Shown piece by piece: positions 49,570-58,668 of a stretch of DNA of 64,000 bases. The position numbers were made by a program, and so were the translations under genes. Numbering within the stretch: the stretch's first letter is position 1; each line of letters begins with the position of its first letter. Origin of the DNA: Candidatus Micrarchaeia archaeon (GTDB taxonomy: Archaea > Micrarchaeota > Micrarchaeia > Anstonellales > Anstonellaceae). Location: contig JBAYHU010000001.1 of the NCBI GenBank assembly GCA_041665945.1, positions 31,863 through 95,862 of the forward strand, written 5' to 3'. Below the pieces are notes generated by a model. It made no database searches and was not told where the DNA came from. It saw only the letters and a program-made list of their open reading frames with translations.

Positions 49570-49876
49570 TCCAAGGGTGTTGGAGATGCGAATAATCAAA
49601 AAGCATGAATACTGGCTGCCGAATAGGGACAGGGTAATTGTCGAGGTGCTGGATGTCGGCAATCCGTTGTACAAGGACGGGATTATGTACACGTTCAGGT
49701 GCATGGATGATGCAGGGCTGCAGCTCTTTGCCATAGAAAACTCGCATGGGCAACCGCACGTTCATCGCGGGGCAAAGAAGGAGATTGTGGACTACGGCTG
49801 GAAAACTGCAATTATGGAGTTTGATAATATGGTAAAGGCACACAGGGAGAAAATCACGAGGGGAATGATATGGTAA
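49565..49876 (+). CDS. Small protein, first gene of a two-gene module (toxin-like partner of a wHTH protein).
   Basis: 103-aa ORF overlapped by 7 nt with the downstream wHTH gene. Low-GC context. Confidence 0.4.
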   Translation: MSPRVLEMRIIKKHEYWLPNRDRVIVEVLDVGNPLYKDGIMYTFRCMDDAGLQLFAIENSHGQPHVHRGAKKEIVDYGWKTAIMEFDNMVKAHREKITRGMIW

Positions 49877-50226
49877 AAATTGTCATAGCGGATTGGGACA
49901 GCGTTATGCGAGACACAATTCGCGCAGTTGAGCGCAGGGAGTACCAGAAGGAGGACAACATAATCTACATCGAGAGCCTTGAGGTAGCGCGGAAAATACT
50001 GACCCCCCAGCGCCTGAAGATGCTTGGCATCATCAAAAGGAACAAGCCCGCTTCCCTTTACGCGCTTGCCAAGCTGATGGGCAAGGATTTCAGGGCAATC
50101 CACCGGGACGTGGGGATAATGAGCAATTTCGGGCTCATCCAGAAGGAAAGCAAAAAGACAGGAAAGAGGGGAAGGACGCAGCTCGGCGTCAAGGCGAAGG
50201 AAATAACGCTGACGGTTCCGATTTGA
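49870..50226 (+). CDS. Winged-helix transcriptional regulator (MarR/TrmB-like).
   Basis: PQRLKMLGII...LYALAKLMGKDFRAIHRDVGIMSNFGLI is an HTH. Confidence 0.5.
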   Translation: MVKIVIADWDSVMRDTIRAVERREYQKEDNIIYIESLEVARKILTPQRLKMLGIIKRNKPASLYALAKLMGKDFRAIHRDVGIMSNFGLIQKESKKTGKRGRTQLGVKAKEITLTVPI

Positions 50227-50245
50227 AGAAAAGCTAGATATAGTC

Positions 50246-50458
50246 TTAGCTTAGCCAGTTGCCAAAGCGTGGAACCACAAGATAAAGGACGAGCGCCACG
50301 AAAAGACTATATATTGCAATAAGAACGCCCGTAATTATCGGATTATTTGGATTCCAAACCAAATCCAATACTTTTGAAATAAGCGCGCCAGCTACGCTCG
50401 AACCCGCAATCAGCATCGCACTTTTTGCATTTTTACTCAATCCTTTCTTCTTCACCAT
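50246..50458 (-). CDS. Small two-TM membrane protein.
   Basis: ORF with two hydrophobic helices. Confidence 0.3.
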   Translation of the reverse strand: MVKKKGLSKNAKSAMLIAGSSVAGALISKVLDLVWNPNNPIITGVLIAIYSLFVALVLYLVVPRFGNWLS

Positions 50459-50467
50459 ATTTTCACA

Positions 50468-53400
50468 TTAAGAGCATCCGGTGGTTTCCCCGCAATCGAC
50501 ACATACTTGGCACGAGCCGTTCTGCTTGACTTTCATGGAGCCGCATGCCGAGCACTGCGCGCCTGTGAAGCCCTGCGCCTTTGCGGACTTCGCCTTGTGC
50601 TCGTACTCGTCGGTTTCCCGCTCCTCCTCGGAAATCTCCTGCCGCTCGGGCTCGATGAGCTTCACCTGCGATTTCTGCTCTTCCACATGGGGGACGGGTG
50701 CGGGGCCGTGCGAGTCCCCGTTCACAGTTTTCACGTGAACGAAGTCCTGCCTGCCAAGGTACTCGTAGCCAAGCACGCGGAACACGTAGTCGATTATCGA
50801 GGTCGCGTTCTTTATCGCCTCATGCCCTGTCACAACTCCCGCGGGCTCGAAGCGCGTGAAGGTGAACGTGTCCACGAATTCATCCAGCGGCACGCCGTAC
50901 TGCAGTCCCTTGCTTACCGCAATGGCAAAGCAGTTGAGAAGCGAGCGGTAGCCCGCGCCCTCCTTGTACATGTCGATGAATATTTCGCCGATTGTGCCGT
51001 CCGGGTATTCGCCGGTCTTGAGATAGACCTTGTGCCCGCCCACGCGCGCCTCCTGTATGAAACCCTTGCGGCGGGTGGGAAGCTTCTTGCGCGAGAGCCT
51101 GCCGACAATCTTGGACTGCAATTGCGCGGGGCCGAAGGACTCGTCGATTTCCTCGCCCAAGCCGAGAAGCTGGGCAAGCTCGTCCTCGTCCACGTCCGCA
51201 GTCGCGTTGAGCGGCTGGGAAAGTTTGCTGCCGTCGCGGTAAAGCGCGTTGCTCTTCAGCATGTGCTTCCACGAGAGCATGTATGCCTCCTTGATGTCCT
51301 CGATTGACGCGTCGGAGGGCATGTTTATCGTCTTTGAAATAGAGCCTGTGATGAACGGCTGCGCGGCAGCCATCATCTTTATGTGCCCGAGGTAAGAGAT
51401 GAAGCGCGTGCCTTTCTTGCCGCACTTGCTCGCGCAGTCGAAGACCGCGTAGTGCTCGGGCGAAAGGTGAGGGGCGCCTTCGAGCGTCATGCTCCCGCAG
51501 ACGTATTCATTCGCCTCCTCTATCTGCTGTTTCGTGAAGCCGAGCTTGGAGAGCAGGTCGAACTTGGGATTATCCATCTCCGCGTCGGTGAATCCGAGAC
51601 GGCGCAGGAAGTCATCGCCAAGCGAGTACTTGTTGAACGCGAAGCGGATGTCGAACGCCTTGGGAAGCCCTGCTTCAGCCTTCGCAATCTTGTCTGCGGG
51701 GAAGCCCTTTGCCCCAAGCGACGCGGCGTTTATGTGCGGGCAGCCAGTGAGCGTGCCGTGCCCCATTGCGTAAAGCTCGATTTCCCGCACCTGCGAGGAG
51801 TTGTAGCCGAGCTTGACAAGCGCCTTTTTCACCGAGGCGTTGACTATCTTGAAGTAGCCGCCGCCTGCGAGCTTCTTGAATTTCACTATCGCGAAGTCGG
51901 GCTCGATTCCCGTTGTGTCGCAGTCCATCTGAAGCCCGATTGTGCCTGTGGGCGCGATTACTGTTACCTGCGCATTGCGGTAGCCGTATTTCTCGCCAAG
52001 CGAGTAGGCGCGGTCCCAACTCTCCCTTGCCGCCTGCGTGAGGTAGCCGGGGCAGTATTTCTCTTCTATGCCCACGGGCTTTGCAGTCAGCCCCTCATAC
52101 TCGTTTGCAGCCGTATTGTACGCCGCGCGGCGGTGGTTGCGTATCACCCGGAGCATGTGCTCACGGTTGCGCTCGTATGCTAAGAAGGGCGAAAGCTCCC
52201 GCGCCATTTCCGCGGAAGTCGCGTAGGACTCGCCGCACATTATGGAGGTGAGCGCGCCGCAGATTGCCATCCCTTCCGGGCTTTCGTACGGGACGCCCAG
52301 CATCATGAGCACCGTGCCCATGTTGGCGTAACCCAATCCGAGCGTGCGGAATTCGAAGCTTTTTTTGGCGATTTCCTTTGCAGGGAACTGCGCCATGAGG
52401 ACGGAGATTTCAAGCACGACCGTCCAGAGGCGGGTTGCGTGCCGGTATGCCTCGATGTTGAACGCGCCAGTGGATTCGTCGAGGAATTTGGCGAGGTTGA
52501 TGCTGGCGAGGTTGCATGCCGTGTCGTCGAGGAACATGTATTCCGAGCAGGGGTTGGACGCGTTGATGCGCCCGTCAACAGGGCAGGTGTGCCACTCGTT
52601 GATGGTGTCGTCGTACTGCACGCCCGGGTCGGCGCACGACCACGCGGCATAGGCGATTTCGTCCCACAGGTCGCGGGCTTTCATCTTGCGCATGACGCGC
52701 CCGTCCGTCCTTGCAAGAAGGCTCCATTCCGCGTCGTTCTCCACTGCCCAGATGAAGCGGTTGGAGATGCGCACGGTGTTGTTGCCGTTCTGCCCGGATA
52801 CCGTGACGTATGCCTCGGACTCGTAGTGCGTGTCGAATACGGGAAAATCGATTTTTTCCTTGCCCTGCTTGGCAAGCGAGAGCGCGCGGAACACGTAGTT
52901 GAGCGGCACTTCCTTGGCAAGAGCCTGCACGACCGCGAGCTTTATCCTCTCGTTTTTCAGGTCAGTGGATTGCTCCTCGCGGGCGACTTTCATTATCTTG
53001 TTGAGGTGCTTTCCGCAGGATTTGCTCCCCGCCACCATTGCCGCGACTTTCATCTCCTCGCGCATCTTCCAGTTCACGAACTGCTCGATGTCAGGGTGGT
53101 CGACGTCGACTATGACCATTTTCGCGGCCCGGCGCGTCGTCCCGCCGGATTTTATCGCGCCTGCCGCGCGGTCGTTTATCTTGAGGAATGACATCAGCCC
53201 CGAGGAGATTCCGCCGCCTGAGAGCCGCTCGCCTGCGCCGCGGAGCGCGGAGAAGTTCGTGCCCGTGCCCGAGCCGTACTTGAACAATCGCGCCTCGCGC
53301 GTAACCAGGTCGAATATGCCTCCGCTGTTCACCAAGTCGTCGCGGACGGACTGGATGAAGCAGGCATGGGGCTGTGGGTGGGTGTATGCGTCCTCGGACA

Positions 53401-53953
53401 CCTTGATTTCGCCTGACTGCGGGTCGGCGTAATAGTGCCCCTGCGCGCTGCCCTTTATGCCGTATGAGTATGCGAGCCCGGTGTTGAACCACTGCGGGGA
53501 GTTGGGAGATGCCATCTGGTGGAGGAGCATGTAGGAGATTTCGGCTTCGAATGACTCGGCGTCGGCTTTGGACGCGAAGTATCCGTATTTCTCCCCCCAG
53601 TGCCGCCAGCAGCCTGCCATGCGCCGCACGACCTGCCGCACGGACTTCTCGCTTCCGGTCATGGGCTTGCCGTGCATGTCCTTCATGGGGCTGCCGTTGC
53701 GGTCGTAGAGGGGCACGCCCGCCTTCCTGAAGTATTTCTGCGCGAGTATGTCGGTTGCGACCTGTGACCAGGAGCGGGGCACTTCCACGTCGGTCATTTC
53801 AAAGACGACAGAGCCGTCGGAATTGCGGATTATGGAGGGGCGGAATTCGTATTCGGCTGCGTCGAGCGGGTCAGTGCCTTCGGTAGTGAATAGGCGTTTT
53901 ACCTGCAAGCCGCCTTGGCGGCTCTTCTGCTCCGACACAGTCGCTACTTCCAT
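50468..53953 (-). CDS. nrdJ: Class II (adenosylcobalamin-dependent) ribonucleotide reductase.
   Basis: RNR barrel motifs (NPCSEY, active-site Cys) and a C-terminal zinc ribbon CSACG...CVDCG. Start moved to MEVATV (53953). Confidence 0.85.
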   Translation of the reverse strand: MEVATVSEQKSRQGGLQVKRLFTTEGTDPLDAAEYEFRPSIIRNSDGSVVFEMTDVEVPRSWSQVATDILAQKYFRKAGVPLYDRNGSPMKDMHGKPMTGSEKSVRQVVRRMAGCWRHWGEKYGYFASKADAESFEAEISYMLLHQMASPNSPQWFNTGLAYSYGIKGSAQGHYYADPQSGEIKVSEDAYTHPQPHACFIQSVRDDLVNSGGIFDLVTREARLFKYGSGTGTNFSALRGAGERLSGGGISSGLMSFLKINDRAAGAIKSGGTTRRAAKMVIVDVDHPDIEQFVNWKMREEMKVAAMVAGSKSCGKHLNKIMKVAREEQSTDLKNERIKLAVVQALAKEVPLNYVFRALSLAKQGKEKIDFPVFDTHYESEAYVTVSGQNGNNTVRISNRFIWAVENDAEWSLLARTDGRVMRKMKARDLWDEIAYAAWSCADPGVQYDDTINEWHTCPVDGRINASNPCSEYMFLDDTACNLASINLAKFLDESTGAFNIEAYRHATRLWTVVLEISVLMAQFPAKEIAKKSFEFRTLGLGYANMGTVLMMLGVPYESPEGMAICGALTSIMCGESYATSAEMARELSPFLAYERNREHMLRVIRNHRRAAYNTAANEYEGLTAKPVGIEEKYCPGYLTQAARESWDRAYSLGEKYGYRNAQVTVIAPTGTIGLQMDCDTTGIEPDFAIVKFKKLAGGGYFKIVNASVKKALVKLGYNSSQVREIELYAMGHGTLTGCPHINAASLGAKGFPADKIAKAEAGLPKAFDIRFAFNKYSLGDDFLRRLGFTDAEMDNPKFDLLSKLGFTKQQIEEANEYVCGSMTLEGAPHLSPEHYAVFDCASKCGKKGTRFISYLGHIKMMAAAQPFITGSISKTINMPSDASIEDIKEAYMLSWKHMLKSNALYRDGSKLSQPLNATADVDEDELAQLLGLGEEIDESFGPAQLQSKIVGRLSRKKLPTRRKGFIQEARVGGHKVYLKTGEYPDGTIGEIFIDMYKEGAGYRSLLNCFAIAVSKGLQYGVPLDEFVDTFTFTRFEPAGVVTGHEAIKNATSIIDYVFRVLGYEYLGRQDFVHVKTVNGDSHGPAPVPHVEEQKSQVKLIEPERQEISEEERETDEYEHKAKSAKAQGFTGAQCSACGSMKVKQNGSCQVCVDCGETTGCS

Positions 53954-54049
53954 ACCCACACCCCTTGTTAATTGGAAGCAAGACGGACAGGGAGCGGGAT
54001 TGTGTGCGAAAATGGGCGGAAACACGCACATTTCCACATTCCTTGAAAC

Positions 54050-54082
54050 CAGCCAAAACCACAATATATGGTGTTTTGGCTG
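54050..54082. promoter_or_regulatory. Imperfect 13-bp inverted repeat with an AATATAT spacer about 100 bp upstream of nrdJ. The core ccacaatatatggtgt resembles a bacterial NrdR box.
   Basis: cagccaaaaccac-aatatat-ggtgttttggctg. Confidence 0.4.
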
Positions 54083-54295
54083 CCCTCCAACCACAACCTG
54101 TAGGGCTTGCATACTTTATCGCACATTCAGGTTTATATAGGTTTTTTCGCGCGGAAAAATCCTCTTCGTGGCTGTTTTTTATGGAACAAACACGCGAAAA
54201 ATCTCCGGCGGAAGAGGGGTGCTGCCGGCAGTGCGATTTTACAAACCTTCTTTAAGCTAACGCTCGCTAACAAAAATAATCAGGAGGTTGTTTTC

Positions 54296-55207
54296 TTGAA
54301 GAACGCCGAGGTTGCAAAATCATCTTCATCCACAGGAACATACGCCGTGAAAGCCGGCCTTGCGCAGATGCTCAAAGGCGGCGTGATAATGGACGTCGTC
54401 AACGCGGAGCACGCGAAAATCGCCGAGGAATCAGGCGCTGTCGCCGTGATGGCGCTTGAAGCCGTGCCATCCGACATAAGGAGGCTCGGCGGCGTGGCGA
54501 GGATGTCCGACCCGAAAATAATAAAGGAAATACGGGCGGCTGTTTCCATCCCTGTCATGGCAAAATGCAGGATAGGGCACTTTGTCGAGGCGCAGGTTTT
54601 GGAGGCGCTTGAAGTGGATTATATTGACGAGTCAGAAGTGCTTACTCCTGCGGACGCGGAGCATCACATTGACAAGTGGCAGTTTTCAGTCCCGTTCGTT
54701 TGCGGCGGGCGCGACTTGGGAGAGGCGCTCCGCAGGATTTCCGAGGGCGCGGCGATGATTCGCACCAAAGGCGAAGCCGGCACTGGCAACGTCGTCGAGG
54801 CGGTCCGGCACATCCGCGCCATGAACTCGGGCATCGCGGAACTGAAGGGCAAGGGCAAAAAAGAGCTTGCCGAGGCGGCGGCTGAAATGCGCGTGCCTGC
54901 GCAGCTTGTGGAGAAAGTCGCGGAGCTGGGACGGCTGCCTGTCGTGAATTTCGCCGCGGGCGGGATTGCCACGCCAGCGGATGCCGCGCTTTGCATGCAG
55001 CTTGGCTGCGACGGCGTGTTTGTCGGAAGCGGGATATTCAAGTCGTCCTCGCCTGAGAAAAGGGCGGTTGCGATCGTGGATGCTGTCGCGCACTTCAACG
55101 ATGCGAAGAAAATCGCGAAGGCGTCCGAAGGGCTGGGAAAGCCCATGGACAGCATTGACGTGAACAAGCTCATGCCTGAGGAAAAGCTCTCAAGAAGGGG
55201 CATCTGA
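54296..55207 (+). CDS. pdxS: Pyridoxal 5'-phosphate synthase subunit PdxS.
   Basis: [24 protein letters not shown]... Uses a TTG start after an aggagg RBS-like motif. Confidence 0.85.
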   Translation: MKNAEVAKSSSSTGTYAVKAGLAQMLKGGVIMDVVNAEHAKIAEESGAVAVMALEAVPSDIRRLGGVARMSDPKIIKEIRAAVSIPVMAKCRIGHFVEAQVLEALEVDYIDESEVLTPADAEHHIDKWQFSVPFVCGGRDLGEALRRISEGAAMIRTKGEAGTGNVVEAVRHIRAMNSGIAELKGKGKKELAEAAAEMRVPAQLVEKVAELGRLPVVNFAAGGIATPADAALCMQLGCDGVFVGSGIFKSSSPEKRAVAIVDAVAHFNDAKKIAKASEGLGKPMDSIDVNKLMPEEKLSRRGI

Positions 55208-55217
55208 GGACAATTGC

Positions 55218-55796
55218 ATGATGAAAAGGATTGGCGTATTGGCGCTGCAGGGCGGAGTGGAGGAGCACATCAGCGCACTCCTGTCCGCTTCCGAAAAATG
55301 CGGAGAGCCTGTTTCCGTAGTGGAAGTGCGCGCTCCCGAGGACTGCGAGGGGCTGGACGGGATAATACTTCCCGGCGGGGAATCCACCGCGATTTCGCGC
55401 CTCATGACAAGGGCGGGCATTTTCGAGAAAGTCTACAACATGCGCAAAATAATGGGCACGTGCGCTGGCGCGATAATGCTTGCCAAGAAGGTGGACGGGG
55501 CGACGCCCGAGCAGAAATTCCTTTCGCTGATGGATGTGTCGATTTCAAGGAACGCGTACGGCTCGCAGCTTTCCTCCTTCGAAGCCGAGCTTGACACGGT
55601 TTTTGGCAAGGTGAAGGGAGTTTTCATACGCGCCCCGAAGATGACCATTGTCGGCAAGGAGGCGCGCCCCATGGCTTTCCACGGAGATGACGTGGTTGCC
55701 GCGTATCAGTCAAAGGGAGACAAGCACTATCTTGCGCTCACATTCCATCCCGAGCTTACAACTACGAGATTCCACGAATTCTTCCTGAAGCTGTGA
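55218..55796 (+). CDS. pdxT: Pyridoxal 5'-phosphate synthase glutaminase subunit PdxT.
   Basis: Class I amidotransferase with GTCAG and HPE motifs. Confidence 0.85.
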   Translation: MMKRIGVLALQGGVEEHISALLSASEKCGEPVSVVEVRAPEDCEGLDGIILPGGESTAISRLMTRAGIFEKVYNMRKIMGTCAGAIMLAKKVDGATPEQKFLSLMDVSISRNAYGSQLSSFEAELDTVFGKVKGVFIRAPKMTIVGKEARPMAFHGDDVVAAYQSKGDKHYLALTFHPELTTTRFHEFFLKL

Positions 55797-55799
55797 AAA

Positions 55800-56246
55800 T
55801 CAGTCTTCCTCTGCACTCCTGTTCTGGGCACCTGCTTTCGCCTTCTGTGCTTGCTCAAGAATATCTGCAGGAAGCTCCATTGGCGGTTCGAGAAGGCAGC
55901 GCGCGGGGGAATTCGCATCCTCGCCTCCCTTCCAGAATTCGCATTCCGGATTGTTGCACCAGATGCGCAACTTGAGGTCTCTTGGGTCAGCGAAGCAGGA
56001 AATAGTCACGCTGTCGCAGGAGATGGTTATCCCATTGCGCCCATTCTTCCTTGAGGGCAAGACTTCCCCCGTTTTTTTCTCTGTCATGCGCGTTGCCGTA
56101 AAAAGAGGTTCGTCGTAAAGCATATTTTCAATGAACTTGCGGGCGCTGCTCTTTATGCTAGCCGTAGCTTCGGAATAAAGTCGCTTCGCGTGCTCGCTGC
56201 GCATGCCGATTTTGCCGCCTTCGTATTGGCAATTCTGGACTCCCAT
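55800..56246 (-). CDS. Hypothetical protein.
   Basis: ORF only. Confidence 0.3.
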   Translation of the reverse strand: MGVQNCQYEGGKIGMRSEHAKRLYSEATASIKSSARKFIENMLYDEPLFTATRMTEKKTGEVLPSRKNGRNGITISCDSVTISCFADPRDLKLRIWCNNPECEFWKGGEDANSPARCLLEPPMELPADILEQAQKAKAGAQNRSAEED

Positions 56247-56298
56247 GCAGTCCTTCTTCTGGCAACGTAATAAAAAATAGTGCTCAGTCCGGCACCCG

Positions 56299-56412
56299 TT
56301 ATTCCTTGCCCCTTGCGCACGGAGAGGGGCGTTTTGTTACACACGGATATAAGCCAGCGGGAGCAGAAACAGCGCATGCAATCCATTGCTTTCGCTGCAA
56401 CACTGTCTTCAT
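56299..56412 (-). CDS. Small ORF (37 aa, MKTVLQRKQWIACAVSAPAGLYPCVTKRPSPCARGKE), possibly a degraded paralog of the 45-aa Cys-rich protein.
   Basis: Shares its terminal 20 nt (tgcgcaaggggcaaggaata) and the ...CARGKE* ending with ORF 57474-57611. Confidence 0.25.
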   Translation of the reverse strand: MKTVLQRKQWIACAVSAPAGLYPCVTKRPSPCARGKE

Positions 56413-56594
56413 TTTCTGGCAGCGAAAGCTTCCCCCCTCTGCCCGGGCTGGCCGCCCAACTACTTTCCTAGCCCAGAACAACAGAAAATCCGATTTTTCT
56501 TTTTGTCAAATAGAATAACGCAAGTAATCAATAGATAGGGGTGGAAATATGAAACAGGTGGAAAGGGGTCTGCTTCCTGGATAACCGGGCAGGC

Positions 56595-57434
56595 GTGAAA
56601 AACAGGATTGGCGCAAGAGTGGCAATTTTAGGTGCGGGAAGCATGGGCACCGTCCTTGCCGAAGGGATAATCAGGAAGGGCGTGTTTGATGCGAAGGATG
56701 TGAGTGTCACAGGGCGCGGCAAAACCGAAAATCTCGCGAAATTGCACTCGCTTGGGGCAGAGGTGGAGCAGGGCAATTGCTCGGCTGTTGAAAAAAGCGG
56801 CATAGTCATCCTCTGCGTGAAGCCCAAGGACATGGGAAGCCTTCTCAACGAGCTTGGAGATGCCTGCCGTGGCAAGCTGGTGGTATCCATAGCCGCAGGC
56901 GTGTCCATCGGCACGATAAGCAGGCGGCTGGCTGGAGCGCGGGTGGTGCGGACAATGCTGAACGTCTGCGTGGAGGCTGGAAAATCGGCAACCGCAATCT
57001 GCTACGGGGGCAAGGCGCGGGCGGAAGACAGGCTTGAAACCGAGAGGATATTTTCGGGCTTCGGCATGGTGCTTGGGGCAACGCAAAAGCAGATGGCGGC
57101 TTTCACCGCGCTTGCGGGGTGCATGCCCGCGCTTCTCTTCGAGCTGATGGGACGACTGGAAAAATTCGCCTCCGAGCGGGGCTTTTCAGCCGAAGTTTCG
57201 CGCGAGCTTGCAGCGCAGGTGTTCGAAGGCTCGTCGCAGGTATTCCGCGCAAGCAAGAAGGGAAGCACGGAGCTTGTGCGGTCGGTGATGTCCAAACGGG
57301 GAGCCACGGAAAGGATGTTCGAGTCGCTTGATGGCGCGGGATTTTTCGAAGCTTTCACGCCTGCGCTTGCGGAAGCTGAAACAAGGACGGAAGAGCTTGG
57401 CAGGGAAATAAACGGGGTGATGAAAAAGGAGTAG
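56595..57434 (+). CDS. proC: Pyrroline-5-carboxylate reductase.
   Basis: ILGAGSMG Rossmann motif and the P5CR C-terminal domain. Confidence 0.75.
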   Translation: MKNRIGARVAILGAGSMGTVLAEGIIRKGVFDAKDVSVTGRGKTENLAKLHSLGAEVEQGNCSAVEKSGIVILCVKPKDMGSLLNELGDACRGKLVVSIAAGVSIGTISRRLAGARVVRTMLNVCVEAGKSATAICYGGKARAEDRLETERIFSGFGMVLGATQKQMAAFTALAGCMPALLFELMGRLEKFASERGFSAEVSRELAAQVFEGSSQVFRASKKGSTELVRSVMSKRGATERMFESLDGAGFFEAFTPALAEAETRTEELGREINGVMKKE

Positions 57435-57473
57435 GGTGGGAAGCTGGATGGCTTCCCTTTTTTCTTTTCAGGG

Positions 57474-57611
57474 CTATTCCTTGCCCCTTGCGCAGTGCGC
57501 GCAGACAAACCCGACCTTGCACTGGGCGCGCCCGCAGTTGCCCCTGCCGCACATCTTGCAGCTCTCGGTGGCGGTACGCCCGCAAACAGCGCATAATCCG
57601 GCAATATTCAT
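57474..57611 (-). CDS. Small Cys-rich protein (45 aa, 8 Cys in four pairs; zinc-ribbon or rubredoxin-like).
   Basis: MNIAGLCAVCGRTATESCKMCGRGNCGRAQCKVGFVCAHCARGKE. Not in the ORF track because it is under 60 aa. Confidence 0.4.
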   Translation of the reverse strand: MNIAGLCAVCGRTATESCKMCGRGNCGRAQCKVGFVCAHCARGKE

Positions 57612-57672
57612 AGGAACCACTGCATGGAGAAACGGGGGCTAGATTTAAAATCCGTGCCACGGAAGTGCAGAT

Positions 57673-58059
57673 ATGGCGAAGCTTGGCTTGAAGCCCGAAG
57701 CAAAGGATGGCAGATATTACTACGGGACGTTCCCTGAAACTTCGCTTATGGCGCTTGCCGGCTATGTGAAATATTTCGTCGCAATTGTGAAGGAAAAGGA
57801 GGGCATAACTGCGGTTTTTTCCGAGGATATAAGGGAGAACATGGGATTGTATTCCCAAAAGAAAATTGAGGGCCCGTTCTGCCTGATAACGTTCGAAGCA
57901 AAGACAAGCCTCGGGGCGGTCGGGATAACCGCAGCCGCATCATCCGCGCTTGCGAAAGAGAAAATCCCCGCAAACATGGTTGCGGGGTATTTCCACGACC
58001 ACGTGCTTGTGCCTTTTGAAAAGAAGGATGCGGCGATTGCCTGCCTGGCGAAACTTTAG
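57673..58059 (+). CDS. ACT-domain protein (ACT_7-like).
   Basis: About 128 aa. The GAVGITAAASSALAKEKIPANMVAGYFHDHVLVP pattern is typical of uncharacterised ACT proteins. Confidence 0.45.
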   Translation: MAKLGLKPEAKDGRYYYGTFPETSLMALAGYVKYFVAIVKEKEGITAVFSEDIRENMGLYSQKKIEGPFCLITFEAKTSLGAVGITAAASSALAKEKIPANMVAGYFHDHVLVPFEKKDAAIACLAKL

Positions 58060-58081
58060 AATTCAGTTTAATCAGTGCAGG

Positions 58082-58495
58082 CTAGCGGGATTCTATTTTT
58101 TTCGACACCGAGTCTAGCCAGCGATAAACTGCGCTTACTGATTTACTGCCTTCTGCGACGTCTTTTATCAATTTTGCCATTTCGCCCTGCTTATCTTCAC
58201 TGACAAAAACCCCCCATGAGTTCATGTTCAGAAAGATAGTTGTGCTAATCAGCGCTGTTCGCTTGTTCCCATCGGCAAAGGCGTGGCAGTTGTACGCCAA
58301 GTGATAAAGCAGAAATGCCGCCTTCTTGAAAAGACGCTCTTTTTCATCCATTATATTTTCGCCGTAATGCTGCACCGCTTCAAGGTAGTATTCGAGATTT
58401 GCCTCTGCGTTGACTACCGAGGGTTGTGAATACCTAGAAGTAACCATTCTGTTTATCCGTATCACAATGTTTTTTTCGAGATAAATGATTTGCAT
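58082..58495 (-). CDS. doc: Fic/Doc-family toxin (death-on-curing).
   Basis: HAFADGNKRTAL Fic motif. Low-GC context. Confidence 0.7.
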   Translation of the reverse strand: MQIIYLEKNIVIRINRMVTSRYSQPSVVNAEANLEYYLEAVQHYGENIMDEKERLFKKAAFLLYHLAYNCHAFADGNKRTALISTTIFLNMNSWGVFVSEDKQGEMAKLIKDVAEGSKSVSAVYRWLDSVSKKIESR

Positions 58496-58497
58496 CG

Positions 58498-58605
58498 CTA
58501 CTGTTTCGAAAGTATGTCCATTGCCCGTTTGTTATCCCGCATGAACTTTTTGACAATGACGTCAACTCTCTTGATGTCGTTGCCGGGGCTTATTTTTGAA
58601 GTCAT
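58498..58605 (-). CDS. Candidate small antitoxin partner of Doc (35 aa).
   Basis: Tiny ORF ending 2 nt before the doc start. Purely positional. Confidence 0.2.
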   Translation of the reverse strand: MTSKISPGNDIKRVDVIVKKFMRDNKRAMDILSKQ

Positions 58606-58668
58606 GAAACCAACTAAATCGATATGGCTTTCGCTCTATTTAAAGATTTGTTCACGCGGCGTTGGATT

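Noticed and set aside
50468-54112. Intein within the 1214-aa nrdJ ORF, and the N-terminal 53 residues ([10 protein letters not shown]...).
   Set aside because: No intein splice-junction motifs were seen. The first 53 residues precede a good Met (MEVATV) that begins the conserved NrdJ N-terminus, and they extend into the shared intergenic region.
56153-56386. 77-aa Cys-containing ORF (MDCMRCFCSRW...) on the minus strand.
   Set aside because: It overlaps the 5' end of gene 55800-56246 and shares the 20-nt repeat only in a different frame. The 37-aa frame ending CARGKE* parallels the better-supported 45-aa ORF, so the 77-aa reading is probably spurious.
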